DNA from: Paraphysomonas bandaiensis
Lineage: Eukaryota; Protista; Chrysophyceae
Assembly: GCA_965644295.1 (NCBI GenBank)
Contig: CBFFRP010000059.1
Coordinates: 1 to 64,000, forward strand
DNA length: 64,000 nt
Reading direction: 5' to 3'
Shown here: positions 36,510-49,194 of the stretch, in pieces
How positions within the stretch are numbered: the first letter of the stretch is position 1
Layout of the letters: each line of letters starts with the position of its first letter
Notes under the pieces: model-generated
What the model saw: the letters and a program-made list of their open reading frames with translations, nothing else
Database searches by the model: none
Told to the model about the DNA's origin: nothing
Made by a program: the position numbers and the translations under genes

Positions 36510-37284
36510 ATGGTTCGCTACAGGTTAGTATATGATATTTATGATATTCATGTTATGATATTTTATTTCATATGATGATAGTCAAGACGTTGATAATTCC
36601 GGAAAAGGTAGATATTACATGTGATAATGTAACAAACTCCTAACTGTCTTCATGTAGCCGTCAAGGCTCGTATCTCTCACTTGAGAGTGCACTACAAGCA
36701 CTGCCGTGAGATCTGCGCTGCTATCAAGGGCATGGAGCTTCTTAAGGCTAAGTCTTACCTTGAGAATGTCCTTGAGCACAAAGACGCCATTCCTTTCAGA
36801 AAATACACTGGTGGAATTGGCAGACACGCCGTCGGCAAGAAGTACAAGACTCCTGGCGACAAGGTTGCTTTCCCCCAGAAGGCCACTAAAAGCTTTTTGG
36901 ACCTTCTGCGCAACCTTGAGTCCAATGTTGATGTACGTTGTCATAAATATTGATGGTTCCTGTAGCTTATGTTTAGTACACAGTTCAAGGGACTTGATGT
37001 TGATGCTGTCAAGATCACTCATGCTCAGGCTAACCAGGCTCCCAACATGAGAAGAAGAACTTACCGTGCTCACGGCAGAATCAATCGTATGTTCCGCAAT
37101 GTATAACATGTATATATGCTAACATAGTGTTCGTGCAGCTTACATGTCCTGCCCCGCCCACATCGAGCTTATCGCTGAGGAGAAGGGTACTGAGATAGCT
37201 AAGGAGAAGGAAGAGGTGACTGTGAAGTTGTCTAAGAAGCGTGCTGCCCAGCTCCGCGCTGCCAAGATCGTCTCCAAGGCTTAA
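36510..37284 (+). CDS. RPL17: 60S ribosomal protein L17 (uL22), 5 exons
   Basis: MVRYS..., [53 protein letters not shown]; four GT-AG introns. Confidence 0.97.
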
Positions 37285-37893
37285 TTGGTTCCATTATTCA
37301 AGTGCACATACGTTTCAAGGGATCACGCGTTCCGGAGTGTTGTGAACTAACTAATTATGCTTCTTTTATAATTCTGTGCAATTGCATTATGGAACTATTG
37401 TAGTAGCTACGATAGAATTGTAGCATCCTAGTACTGCCTACGATATACAGCAATGTACCTTTTAGGAGCCCAGATCATCACTGTCGCTGATATAGCAATT
37501 GAACTGTAACTATCATTGGCAAATATAGATCACGTGGACTATGAGTCAGCTGAATATAAGTAAACAAAGAATGTGTTAGCAATGACGTAAAGACTTATTC
37601 GCTACCATAGAATATTAGGTATTGTGAAGTTACTGCGGATTGTGACTCGCCATATAGGCTGAGTACTTAATCAGCTACGAACGGAGTGCGCAATGTAGCT
37701 TTTCTAACAACGAAGCTTAGCATTGTCATTCGATCAGCTACCGTACCAGGTACCGTTAAACGTAAACGTGATATTTACACATGTACACTGAGCAATATGA
37801 ATAGCAAAAAGGAAATATCTACATGGCCTTTCTATATTGGTGTAAGTAAGATGATATACTAATGCAAAATATGATTATTAACATATGAACGTA

Positions 37894-39039
37894 TCATTTT
37901 CTAACTCGTTTAAAATTCTGACTGCCATCGGAGTCTTCGTTAGCCCTACGTGCGGATTTATTTTTAACTATTTCACTTTCAGAATTACCGCTACCACAGT
38001 CATCTCTGGTGGCACCTGCATTGCTCTCATCTGATTCGCTACTATCGTCAGGGATTATTGTTCCCGGAGTTCTTGAACAATCGACGTCAAGTGTCAGCAC
38101 TTTGTCGCTCATCAATTTATTCAATGTTTCTGTGCATGGCATGGGGATAGAAATGGTGTATTCCCTCTCATTTGCAGACAGACTCCATTGAACTGGAATC
38201 AAATCTTTAATACTTGATGGGTCTATAATGTGAGAAATCGGAGAATTCGAGGAGGAAAAGTCTACTGATACGTCCAGGTCTTTACTGAGACCCCGAACTA
38301 GAGAATCGGGTGCTGGCTCCGACTGCGTCGGTATATGGTTTAGCCAAATGTTTACAAGAAATGTGACCCGTGTGTTTTCCCTATTAGGGGGAGTACTATC
38401 AGACTCTTCACTATCACTGTCGTCGCTTTCTTCTGAGCTTGAGTCCGAATCATGAATTGCGGACGGTGCACCATGAAGTAAGGTACCATCAAAGCATATA
38501 TGTTTACCGCAAGCCGGTTTGCTTACGACACATTTCGTAATGTTAACGTTATCTAAATTATCATCAGAAGCACCACCCTTCACGTCAAGTATAACAGTGG
38601 GCCCGCCTATGGAGGATAGGTAAGTGACAGTAGCTAGATGAGGATGCACATTAACTCCGCACTCCTCTTCGATCCCATAATCGCGGTCCCAATGAAACCC
38701 CACATCATCTATATGATCCAAATACAGTGTCCACCACTCTGCCCCTGATTTCTTAGGATCAAATGTAGCATTACGTGTATGATAAGAGAATATTGATTGA
38801 GCAAGTTTATCAAGTGTACATCGAGGGCTCTCTGCTGCCCCTATAAAATATGTACATCCTTGACTGTATTTTTCTCCATCAGGTACTTCACGACATGTAA
38901 ATGCCTTCTGACAATCATCTAGTAAGATATGCTTAATATCGTCAGAGCTGAATTTGATAGCTGTATTGTATGTATTGCATGAATAGTCAAGTGATCCTTC
39001 ATGAGTGATATGTCCATTACTATCGAATAGTATTTCCAT
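37894..39039 (-). CDS. Uncharacterised 2OG-Fe(II) oxygenase-like protein
   Basis: SGAEWW, FHWDRD, HPHLATVTYL, FDGTLLHG and RVTFLVNIW motifs (HxD...H...R). Confidence 0.75.
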   Translation of the reverse strand: MEILFDSNGHITHEGSLDYSCNTYNTAIKFSSDDIKHILLDDCQKAFTCREVPDGEKYSQGCTYFIGAAESPRCTLDKLAQSIFSYHTRNATFDPKKSGAEWWTLYLDHIDDVGFHWDRDYGIEEECGVNVHPHLATVTYLSSIGGPTVILDVKGGASDDNLDNVNITKCVVSKPACGKHICFDGTLLHGAPSAIHDSDSSSEESDDSDSEESDSTPPNRENTRVTFLVNIWLNHIPTQSEPAPDSLVRGLSKDLDVSVDFSSSNSPISHIIDPSSIKDLIPVQWSLSANEREYTISIPMPCTETLNKLMSDKVLTLDVDCSRTPGTIIPDDSSESDESNAGATRDDCGSGNSESEIVKNKSARRANEDSDGSQNFKRVRK

Positions 39040-39130
39040 TACAAGATTGTATTAGTTTTGTAATAGATGTGGTATGGTAGTGTGTTAAGTGATGATGTGA
39101 TTGATTCTATGGATAGTATGGTATGGTAGG

Positions 39131-39309
39131 TATGGGGTGGTTGTGCATATCGATTTTATTGATTTGTTCATAGTTTATTTCATTGAAAAGTCACCGTTTT
39201 CTCAGTGAAAAGTGAAAAAAAGTGACTTTTTAATGAAAAAACGATGACTTTTCAATGAAATATACAATGAACAAATCGATGAAATCGATATGCACAACCA
39301 CCCCCTGTA
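39131..39309. mobile_element. Fully palindromic MITE, probably Tc1/mariner-type
   Basis: GGGGTGGTTGTGCATATCGATTT ... AAATCGATATGCACAACCACCCCCTG followed by TA; the arms pair almost to the centre. Confidence 0.85.
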
Positions 39310-39833
39310 TATACATACACTTATATGGCTCTGGTTTACAGAGTACTGCTGTTTGTATTGGGTGAAATCCGTGCGTGAGAAAAAGTCTACCAGGCTAAAA
39401 AGTCGCCTTTTTTCGTTGTTTTGAGAATATATTGGTCATCAAAAACAGTATAAAGCAAAAAAACTGGGAATTTTTGCCTGGTCGACTTTTTCCCACTCAT
39501 AGATGTACAGAGTACAGGTGTGTATACCATATTATACACCTCCACATACCGTATATGGTGGAACATCACTAGACAGTATTATCCAATGAGAAAACGGGAT
39601 TATTCTATCAAACCCTTTGATTCGATATCAGTATACGGTATCCGGGGTTGGAGGGAGAGATTTCTATATCCATATCCAGATATCTGAGAGTCAGGTGGGT
39701 ATATGGGACTATGGGTATATCACACAGCAATAGAGTCCTCCAATAAATAGCGATCAGTGATTAAGAGAGAGAGATACTAGACAATAGAGATATTATCATA
39801 CACTTCATATGGTTGTAAAGGATCTATTAGACT

Positions 39834-41082
39834 ATGGGTTGTGGGGCATTAATATCAACAGCTTATAGTTATGATACATTCAGTTTTACCTCGATAATAG
39901 GACGTGGTTCATTTGCTGTTATAAAACAAGCATATCATACTCCAACACGATCAAAGTATGCTGCTAAGGTGATTAATATACAGAAGACTATACAGAGGGA
40001 TGGAGGATTATATATATTACAACAGGAACTAGAGGCTCATAAGATACTTACACATCATACATATATATGTAATTTATATTATGCTTTTCATGATAACACT
40101 GATTGTGTATTAATATTGGACCTCTTGGATGGTGGTGACTTGAGATTGTATATCAAAGAAAACACAATGTATACTGAACACTCAGTGGCCTTTATTGCAG
40201 CATGTATAGCATCTGCACTGAACCATGTGCACCAACATGGTGTGATTCACAGAGGTGTGTATGGGTATTATTACATTTTATTTGTATGTAAGTTTTTATA
40301 TTGAAGATGTTAAGCCTGAAAACATTGTACTGGATGGGCGAGGGTATCCACGGTTAATAGATTTCGGTATTTCTCATTCTATGGGTGCGATATGCACTGC
40401 ACGCAGTGGTACAGTTGGGTATTTAGCGCCAGAAGTTCTCACTTCGAGTCACTTCCATAGCTTTGAGAGTGACTTTTGGAGTTTAGGAGTTGTAGTGTTT
40501 GAGTTGTTGTACTCCACACGCCCATTTTATCGGCATTGTCCGAAATATTACGTGAAGTATTCAGAAAAAAACTATCGCCCGCTGTGGGAATCAAGACAAC
40601 TAAAGGCAATGAATGTTCTTGATACACCCAATGGTGTTGAGGAAGAAAGAACGCTGTGTGCCTCCAGTAAAGAGGATTCCATTGGTCTCAATTTACCACC
40701 GGAGTTGGAGGTTCCTGTTCCCATGATATTACATTGTGGAGAGCGTCCTTCTATTGCTTGCGTATCTCTTATTCGGGGTCTACTTGATGTGCGAATAACG
40801 CACAGACTTGGTGCAGGAAATAATTACATTAAGCTTCAGCATCACCATTTTTTTTGTGATATATCTTGGCAAACTCTATCTTCAAGAAAAATTAAATCTC
40901 CCTTACATGTAGATGTGGCCAGGGTTAGGCGAATTCTTGAAAAGACATATTCGGGGACTACCGATGCTAGTTTTTCTTCTTCAGCAGATGTGCCTCCAGC
41001 CGAGAGTAACTGTTCTTGTGATATTCAAGACGTTTTACAGAAATATGACTATTATCACCTCAGTACGAAGTGCGAAATATGA
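39834..41082 (+). CDS. AGC-like Ser/Thr protein kinase, 2 exons
   Basis: GRGSFA, YAAK, HR|DVKPEN (intron 40255-40306), DFG, GTVGYLAPE and DFWSLG motifs. Confidence 0.92.
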
Positions 41083-41923
41083 CACTTCTTTTCATTGGGC
41101 GAATTATTCCGACGAAATGTTGACGATGACCACTATATATTACTTTTATTCGATGTAGTTGGCTGCTATATTTTAGACGCCTACTGTATTACTCTGATGA
41201 ATTATCACTTAGAAATAAATACCAACCTACTATCTACTATCTACAACTATTAGTCATTGAGTCTGACGGAATTATATAGAGAAATAAGTATTACGAATAA
41301 GACATCACGTATACCCTCAGTAAATGTATATAATGAATTTTGAATGTTGCCCATTTTACAGTAGATTGTTATTACTGTCTACACAATTGTGCCATTTTAC
41401 ATAATATACATACCACCTGTTTAGTTTTAGCCCTCTTATATTAACCACTAATAAACTTCTGTGTCTTCAATCGTCACAATACTTCAGTCTTCAGTTTCAC
41501 AGCTATATAGCTACACAGTATTTTGACTTCGTATTGCAGTTTTCCAGCTCAATCTAGTTTCAAACATACTTATTTCAAAAATGGAAACAAATGCTCGGGC
41601 CAGCAAAGTAGAGAACCGTTTAATTAATCAACTGTCAAATGAACGAGAACATTTGAGCACATTCTGTACGTTGTAACTATTCGATTAGGGTTAGTTCGTA
41701 GCATCTCACATATCTCTTCGTTTGTAAAGAGCAGTCCAATTACTCGAGGTCGTATTACGTATTACACACATATGCAACTAGTTTATTCCGCAATCAACAA
41801 CATACTACACGCCTATATACATTCCTCATATGGCCTAAACCCCATTTAAATAACTCATATCCATTTTAAAACCATGGAAACACGCCAGCGATGCTTTCTA
41901 CTAACGTGCAGCCCATATTGAAG

Positions 41924-44112
41924 TTACGTGCTAATCTTCATTGCGTCAACACGTTTATGCAAAGGACTCATACTGCTCCCACTTAAACTATTCCTCCACG
42001 ACGGCATGAGCTCTATCACACCTTCTTCGCTATCTTCACTGCCTGTAGTCGACAAAGAATGTATAGACGAATCAACGTTTTCGTACCCACTGGACTTATA
42101 TTTTTTCTTATTTTTGCTCTTAGTATTTTCCTTCGCAGTGTCTTCATTGGGGTCAAAGGGCGAACCATGGGGTACTAGAAAAGGTACCAGTAATATTGGG
42201 AGTAGCCTGCTAAATGTTTTGATAAGTATAACTATTACTAAGTTGTCAAAGTGGTCTTGTCGCACATCAAAGTAGACAAGCACAAGGGAACCCATGTACA
42301 CACTAACAGTCGAGCCAAAGTTGCCAAGGGCTGTGAGAAGGGCAAACACAGTTGCTTCTGCTCCAGAAGGGCACACCTGAGAAACACTTACGGCGTTAGT
42401 GGAATACACAGCATCACAGATATCTCATATATGAACATGAATGAAACACTCATATAGCTCTGTGCATAATAAATCTTAAATCCGAGTATAGTAGCACCTT
42501 GGCTGCAAGGATATAGAGCGGCATAATGTAGAACCTCCTCGCCATTGGAGATAGAGCCGAGTCACCAAGTATCATAATCTCATCAGGGATACCTAATTGC
42601 AGATTCCACCGTTTGACAAGGACTACATCTATAAGGTTCATGATCGCTAGAAAAAGCATAGTGCAAGTAAATATTGATCGATAAGTCCACGTGCTAAGGT
42701 ACCGGTTATACAGCAAGATACCTGAAAACAACGAACCAGGTATCAACTAGGCAACACAAGGATGATAGAAATAGACCCACCTACAAACATCGCCCCAAAA
42801 GCTATTCCAGATATATACCCCACAAACTGTGGTGAAAATTGGGGGCCGTCTTCGGAGTCTGTAAACCAGTAAAAGAGCGCGGTTTCAATATCTGGAGTCA
42901 CAGCGTTAGATAAGAATATAAATAACCCTGCATTGGCAACTTCTGGAAGGCCACATGACTGAGCAACGCCATAGAATGAAGCGCACACAAGTGTGATAAC
43001 TAGTAGAAGAATGGAAAGCCGAATCTTCCAGTGCTCAAAGGTCAGGACAACGACAGATAGAACAATCGCAAGGAAAGGGATAAAAGTAGCAATAAAAAAC
43101 AAACTCCCGTGATTGTCTACAAATGACTTGTCATAAGTGATATAGCCCATACAACACGTGTCTACGGGGGTGTTGTTGACCAACGTGCTGTGTTTACGTT
43201 TGTCCCCAAACCAATTGAAGGAACCCGCTGTGATAATGACAAGGCTAGAGAATGTAAGGATTCGAAACATAACAATCGAACCAACACTTGTTATCATAAA
43301 TCCTGAAGTCAAATACCCACATATGGCGCATAAAGACATGCAGCTCCAACATAGAGACTGCAGATCAGTCGCAAACATCGGACGTTCCCTTGCGTGCTCA
43401 GCAATAAGGCCATCTACCATTACATCTGCAAACACATGTGAGAGTACGACAGAATTTTACAAGGTATGACAACTACTCACCTGGGCTTGCAACAGATAAA
43501 TTCACTCCGAAAAGAAGTACTACCGCAATGATAGCAGTCAAATGAACAGTAGATAACAACGAAAAACACACACAGCCTATCACTCCGGCCAGAATGATAT
43601 ATGGTATACGGTGAAAACCATATATCGGCAAAGAATCACTTGTCATGCCGTATATAGGCTTTAAATTCCAGGGAGTTTGGGAGGCTGCGATAAAACTCTG
43701 AGCCTCCGCAGGGGGTATTTTCAATACATCCTTGAAGTAATAATCTCTTGCCTATATTCAAATCAATCATTTAGTTATATATTAATAGATTATATGAAAT
43801 CCTTACTTGAAAAAACCAACTGTTTCCTAACCCTTGTTGAAATCCATATACAATAAACACTGATAGTATGAATGGCCATCCAAATGCTTTTGCCATATTC
43901 CGTAATGAATGAGTAATAGCATGTGGTACAAAAAATAAATAACTACTTAATGAATGATCTTTTAATACATATGGAATATATTCATAGTTATTATTTGTAT
44001 GATTTGATTGTGTTTCAATATCAGTTTGAATCATATCATTCCATAGTGTTTCAGATACTTTTGAACGACTTAATGGTTCTGAATTACTTGCTAAATTATC
44101 ACCTGTTTTCAT
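41924..44112 (-). CDS. BT1-family folate-biopterin transporter (MFS), multi-exon
   Basis: PWNLKPIYGMTSDSLPIYGFHRIPY, ADVMVDG, DLQSLCW, RWNLQLGIPD and CPSGAEATVFALL motifs across five track ORFs separated by short introns. Confidence 0.92.
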
Positions 44113-45058
44113 ATGTATGATGTGGGGAGGGAAGATGGATTATATAGTGTACATAAGAGAGATATGAGTGAGTGTATTGGATCTATGGAGTTATGTCGAG
44201 TGATGGTAGTGGTATTTGTATGTATGTATGGAGTAGATGCCTATATATATGGATTGCTTATAGATGGACCCTCGTGTGATACTGAGGGGTATGCATGGCA
44301 TGGTATGGCTGTATGTTGTGTACTCTGTGTACTTGTGTACAAAAAAACACTTCACTTCGTAAAATTTCAGCCTACAAACAGTGTATAGTGCTCCTGTACA
44401 CTGCATACAGACAAGCATATAGACAGAGTACGAAGGTGTCTATGTATATTGCCCATTATCCCATATGTGGGATATTGGGAGACATACATACATGTCCAGT
44501 GTCCACAACATAACACTTCGACTTCAATAGGTAGCAAGCACACTTCATATAGATATGTATGTATATCGAGATCCCTATAGACACATACACATATCATACT
44601 CTGTATGTTCATATACCACACATGTCTAATAGATTACACACAGTTTCATTCTATCCATATATTATAAACTCCATCTCTGGTATAGCATGAAAGCCCATCA
44701 AACCATATCATTCCACTGTCATATCACACAGCAGTGTACTATACATATATATATATAAGCTTACAGTGTATAGTGTTATATATACACAGATATTCAAACA
44801 TACATGCTAAAACATAGAAAAAAACAAAAGAATATTCAAATTATGAGTAATCTATGGTCATATGAGAGTACACGACAGCACTCATCTCATACAGTTCATC
44901 ATAATCAAGTAATAGGAAAGAGATCTGGTAAGATGATTATATAAGGCATACACTTATAATAGTATTTAGAAGGTGAAAGGAATACTATCAAAGAAAGTAC
45001 TATATTACTTACACAGAGAATATTTGGTATCACACAGAGGTCTGGAATAGTTTCGAGA

Positions 45059-46576
45059 TTGATTGAGCAGAGTGAATGTAAAAATTCCCATGGTCTTACT
45101 ACCACTAAACGCATTCATAAAGAAAACATGGGTATAGCCTCCAGGCAAGAATCAGTTAATGACCACTATAGTAATAACACCCACAATCTGCCATCTTCGA
45201 AGACTAATAATGCAGTCTGTGGTAATTCAAGATTTGGTAGTATACAAATGGGTTCTCAAACTAAATACGATGCCACTAGTCGTTCAGGACACGGAACAAA
45301 AGGCGTGAAAATATTCGGTGCTGTGGGGTATGAGTGGTCAGAGGAGAGGCCTACTGGACCTCGAAACCTGACATTGGAGTACACTAAAATTCAAAATGGA
45401 CGCCTTCTGGACATAGTTGTTCTCAAGGAATCATTTCAGGACAAGTTCTTCATATTCGGTGTTGATGTTGACAGCGGACAAAAGTACTACTTGCAACGCA
45501 CATCCGATGAAGTGTCGAGCTTACTTGAAGAAAATATGATGGTTGCTTCAATGGAAAAAGAGGAAGTATGGGCAAATTTACTTAATAAGGTAGACCTCAT
45601 ACCGGTAAATAAATTCGTGAGTACTCCTAACTGGATCAATTCTACATATATGGATGAGCAATGGAGATGCTCAGGATCATCTAACTCTAGTAACCGTACG
45701 CAGTATGACGGCAGGGACGACCAACCAACAGACTTTGCAACCCGTATCCGGGAAACTACTTGCACTGGTCAAGAAGATATTTGTATATTAGATGAGTACT
45801 TTGACAGTCACACATCCTTAGAACCTCTAGAGAAGAAGCTCACAAACGGAACATCAACTTCTTGCGACCCTCCTGAAAATCGGGATGTGAATGATGATAC
45901 GAATTCTAAACGTATATATTCTAACCACCATGCGCATGAAGATGCTAATACAAATATACAGAATCGCAAAATGTGCACATCATCTCCTCAATTATACCAG
46001 AGTTCACATATATGTACCTCCGGAGTTACAGGAGAACAACCATCGGAGTATCCTAATACTACTAAAGGCTCAGAAGTAGAAGACCAGGAAACCACAAGAG
46101 AAGCGGTGATGCAAATAGTATTTACCTTGATAAAGTGTGCCATTGAAAATACTGCAATATCAGTCGTCAAAAGTACCCAGCAAAGTACTTTGAATTCACA
46201 GAAAGAAACCACGGTTCAAGACCTTCAAATTAAGCGTCCTTTACCGAAACCGCCAAACCCTTACACCTGTACAAGAATTACTGTATCTCCTAGAAGTAAT
46301 AGAATTAGATACACACAGATTGGTAGAAACGATCCAGCTATACCGGGTATTTCCATATATACTGATGAGGCAAAGAGGTCACGATGTACTATTATAAAAC
46401 CTCCTGCTGATGTTTCTAGCAAAACACAAATTTTTAAGAGGTTCTCTGTGGTCAGACAGTTATCAGAGCGCAAAAAAAAGATACCCAGACGCCCCAATGA
46501 AGTGACACCATCTTCATGCAGACGACCTACTCATAGACAACCCAAGAATGGTGTAAGGAGTAAGCAACATATGTGA
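45059..46576 (+). CDS. Hypothetical protein; true start possibly in an upstream exon
   Basis: 505-aa open frame with no family recognised. Confidence 0.6.
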   Translation: MIEQSECKNSHGLTTTKRIHKENMGIASRQESVNDHYSNNTHNLPSSKTNNAVCGNSRFGSIQMGSQTKYDATSRSGHGTKGVKIFGAVGYEWSEERPTGPRNLTLEYTKIQNGRLLDIVVLKESFQDKFFIFGVDVDSGQKYYLQRTSDEVSSLLEENMMVASMEKEEVWANLLNKVDLIPVNKFVSTPNWINSTYMDEQWRCSGSSNSSNRTQYDGRDDQPTDFATRIRETTCTGQEDICILDEYFDSHTSLEPLEKKLTNGTSTSCDPPENRDVNDDTNSKRIYSNHHAHEDANTNIQNRKMCTSSPQLYQSSHICTSGVTGEQPSEYPNTTKGSEVEDQETTREAVMQIVFTLIKCAIENTAISVVKSTQQSTLNSQKETTVQDLQIKRPLPKPPNPYTCTRITVSPRSNRIRYTQIGRNDPAIPGISIYTDEAKRSRCTIIKPPADVSSKTQIFKRFSVVRQLSERKKKIPRRPNEVTPSSCRRPTHRQPKNGVRSKQHM

Positions 46577-47198
46577 CGTTGATTGTGACACCGAAAATTC
46601 GTATGATATTTTATTTTAGACATATGGCAGACAGCATCATATGTTGTGAATATCGCCCACTTGTTCTTTGCGACGATTTTTCTATGCAGCACTTGAGAAC
46701 TTCATTTACATAAAAATAGATCGTGTAATTAATTAATTTTGCTTCACGGAATTCAAAGTTATTACTCATATACGTCAGGCTTGTTACATAACAGCATAAT
46801 AGTATTGACAAGCTACAATATCGATGTAGTTTGAAATATCCTGTATGTAATTCGAATCGTGCAAATCACATTTCTCTAGAATTCCTGTGCTGGAGGAAGA
46901 GATAAAGTAAGGATAGCTAAATGCATTTTCAGTTTCATCTTCCACTCTAGAAAATTTGACGTCTTAGACTATTGCTTAATCTAGTTATACAACAATAGAA
47001 ACTGCGCACTGTCAGTCTTCCACGTAATCCCGCATCGTATGGTACAAAATAACCACGAGAGAAGTATAGGCTACAAGACACGCCATATATACTACACTGG
47101 TATATATATCGGATGTGAAACAACTTATGTCTGAAACTATGGCCACAGGTAAGTTTGTCCACTAAACGCATCAATAATACAATATCCGACATTGTCCA

Positions 47199-48455
47199 TC
47201 AACTGTCTTTCACTTCGGTCAAGGCAGCTTGCATAGCGGAAAACTCCACCTCTTGCTCTGGTGTCCACTGGGCGTCCCAGCTTCCTTGTATGTGTCCCTC
47301 ATCTACTTCTGCATACCGTATATCTGCTACTTCAGTGGAGGTTGCTGATTGAGGCCGATTTCGCACCAGGCCCTCTTTTACGGCGTGGTTGAGAGAGTAC
47401 TGTGCTATATCCCGCTTGGCTTTGGCTTCCAGTTCCTGTACATACACCATAATCTGTAAATACTTCAGGACGTTAACACACAAATACCTTTTCCTGTTGG
47501 GTTTTGATGGCCTCGCTCGCAGCCTGGTGGCCTTCCCCTTTTCTGAGAAATTTCTTCTTCCCTAGCGCCAACTGCCGTCGTCTTCTCTCTTCCTACAACT
47601 GCAGCTTACATACTCGAAATACCAACAACAAATGCACACCTCTTCAGCCTCCTCTGCTGCTTTTCTAGCCTCCTCTTCTTGTTGTTGCCTCTTGAGATCA
47701 TCAGCTGCGGCTCTACGTCGAGCCAGGTCATTTTGTATACGTGCCCATTCATTTTCGGCAGCGCGCTTCCTAGCTTCGGCTTCCTCTCTGCATAGAATAG
47801 GTAACGAAACCAACTTAAATTAATGGTATGAGAGGCTCACCTTCGTCGTTTCTCGTCTTCTTCAGCTTGTTTCCGTTTGTTTTCTTCTTCTTCTTGTTTT
47901 CTTCGTGCATTCATTGCGTCCTCTTCCCGTCGTCTGAGCTCCTCCTCTTTCCTTCTTGCTGCCTCCATGGCCTCATTGTCACGAGTACGACAAACAAGAC
48001 AATGCTCGGCATGTTCCATAAATACACGCAATGCCTGTTGACAGTCATCATTAATATATCCTTGTATATATATGATGACTGTATACCTGTTTATTATACT
48101 CTTCAAACACTTCATGTGGTGAGTCTGCTGCAGGTAATGGCTGCTCTGGACCTGAACCAGGATCACAACAGTTTCTTCTATTTCTCATTGCTTGTTTTTT
48201 TGATACTCCTGGTTCATTAACAATTGCTTCAATTGACCATTGATGTTTTTTTAAACATGTTTTTTGATGTATAGATAATGAGGATGTACCAAACTCTGAA
48301 CAACATACATAACATAACACTTGATGAGGGGCATGTTTCCTATCGATCATATGACTTCGTTTATCTGCTGGTTTTTGTTTAATTTTTGGTTGTTGAATAT
48401 CTGGTAAAAATGAATTAATTTCAAATTTAACTGGTGTGAAATTATTTTCAGTCAT
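47199..48455 (-). CDS. C2HC zinc-finger (zf-C2HC_2-like) plus charged coiled-coil protein, multi-exon
   Basis: VLCYVCCSEFGTSSLSIHQKTC followed by E/R/K-rich exons separated by short introns. Confidence 0.75.
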
Positions 48456-48459
48456 GTTA

Positions 48460-48490
<31 letters not shown>

Positions 48491-49194
48491 TGTCTCGATG
48501 GATGGATGGATGGATGGATGGATAGTTCTATTAACAAGGTATCTATGGGGTATGGTATTATAATACAGGTATGTAGTCTTTCATTGGAAAGTAGATGATA
48601 TTAAGTGTAGTGATGGGTTGTTATGAGGCTTTAAAGTAAGGATCTCTTGAGATATGAGCGAGGACTGTGATTGATATGCATGTAGTTAGTTGGTAAGGTT
48701 ATGATGTACTTGAAGACTAGTGTACTTAGAGATCTGTATCGGGGAGTTGAAAAGTACGTGTAGATTAGTAGGATAGAGGTTGATATGTACTTATAGATTG
48801 GTTGAGTAAGTTGGTAAGTACGTAAGTACTCGTCTCCCGTTTCAACTATGTATGGTGTATAGGAGTATAAGTATACAGCACGTAGTAATACTGTACTCTG
48901 GACTTAAGAAGTGCTGAATACATACATAATACAGTGTATGTATACAGTATTGTGACGGGTATGTGGTATGTATACAGTAGCCGTACGTATATATATATGC
49001 GGTGTATACATATGCACTGCATACAGTGTACAATGCAGTGATGGTAGCATACTGCACTGCTATTGCTAGCATTAAACATACCCAAAAGAACCATCGACAC
49101 ACTCCTTCACATCCCATCCATCTTCCTTAAAACATTTAATAATATTATGATTCGATAGATTTAATCATCTTTATTGTGTATACATTAGACAGAT

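Noticed and set aside
36615-37109. Minus-strand ORFs of 164 and 114 aa
   Set aside because: Antisense to RPL17.
44113-44830. Several overlapping 70-90 aa ORFs
   Set aside because: Cys/Val/Tyr/His-rich translations of a TATG/CATA-rich divergent promoter region.
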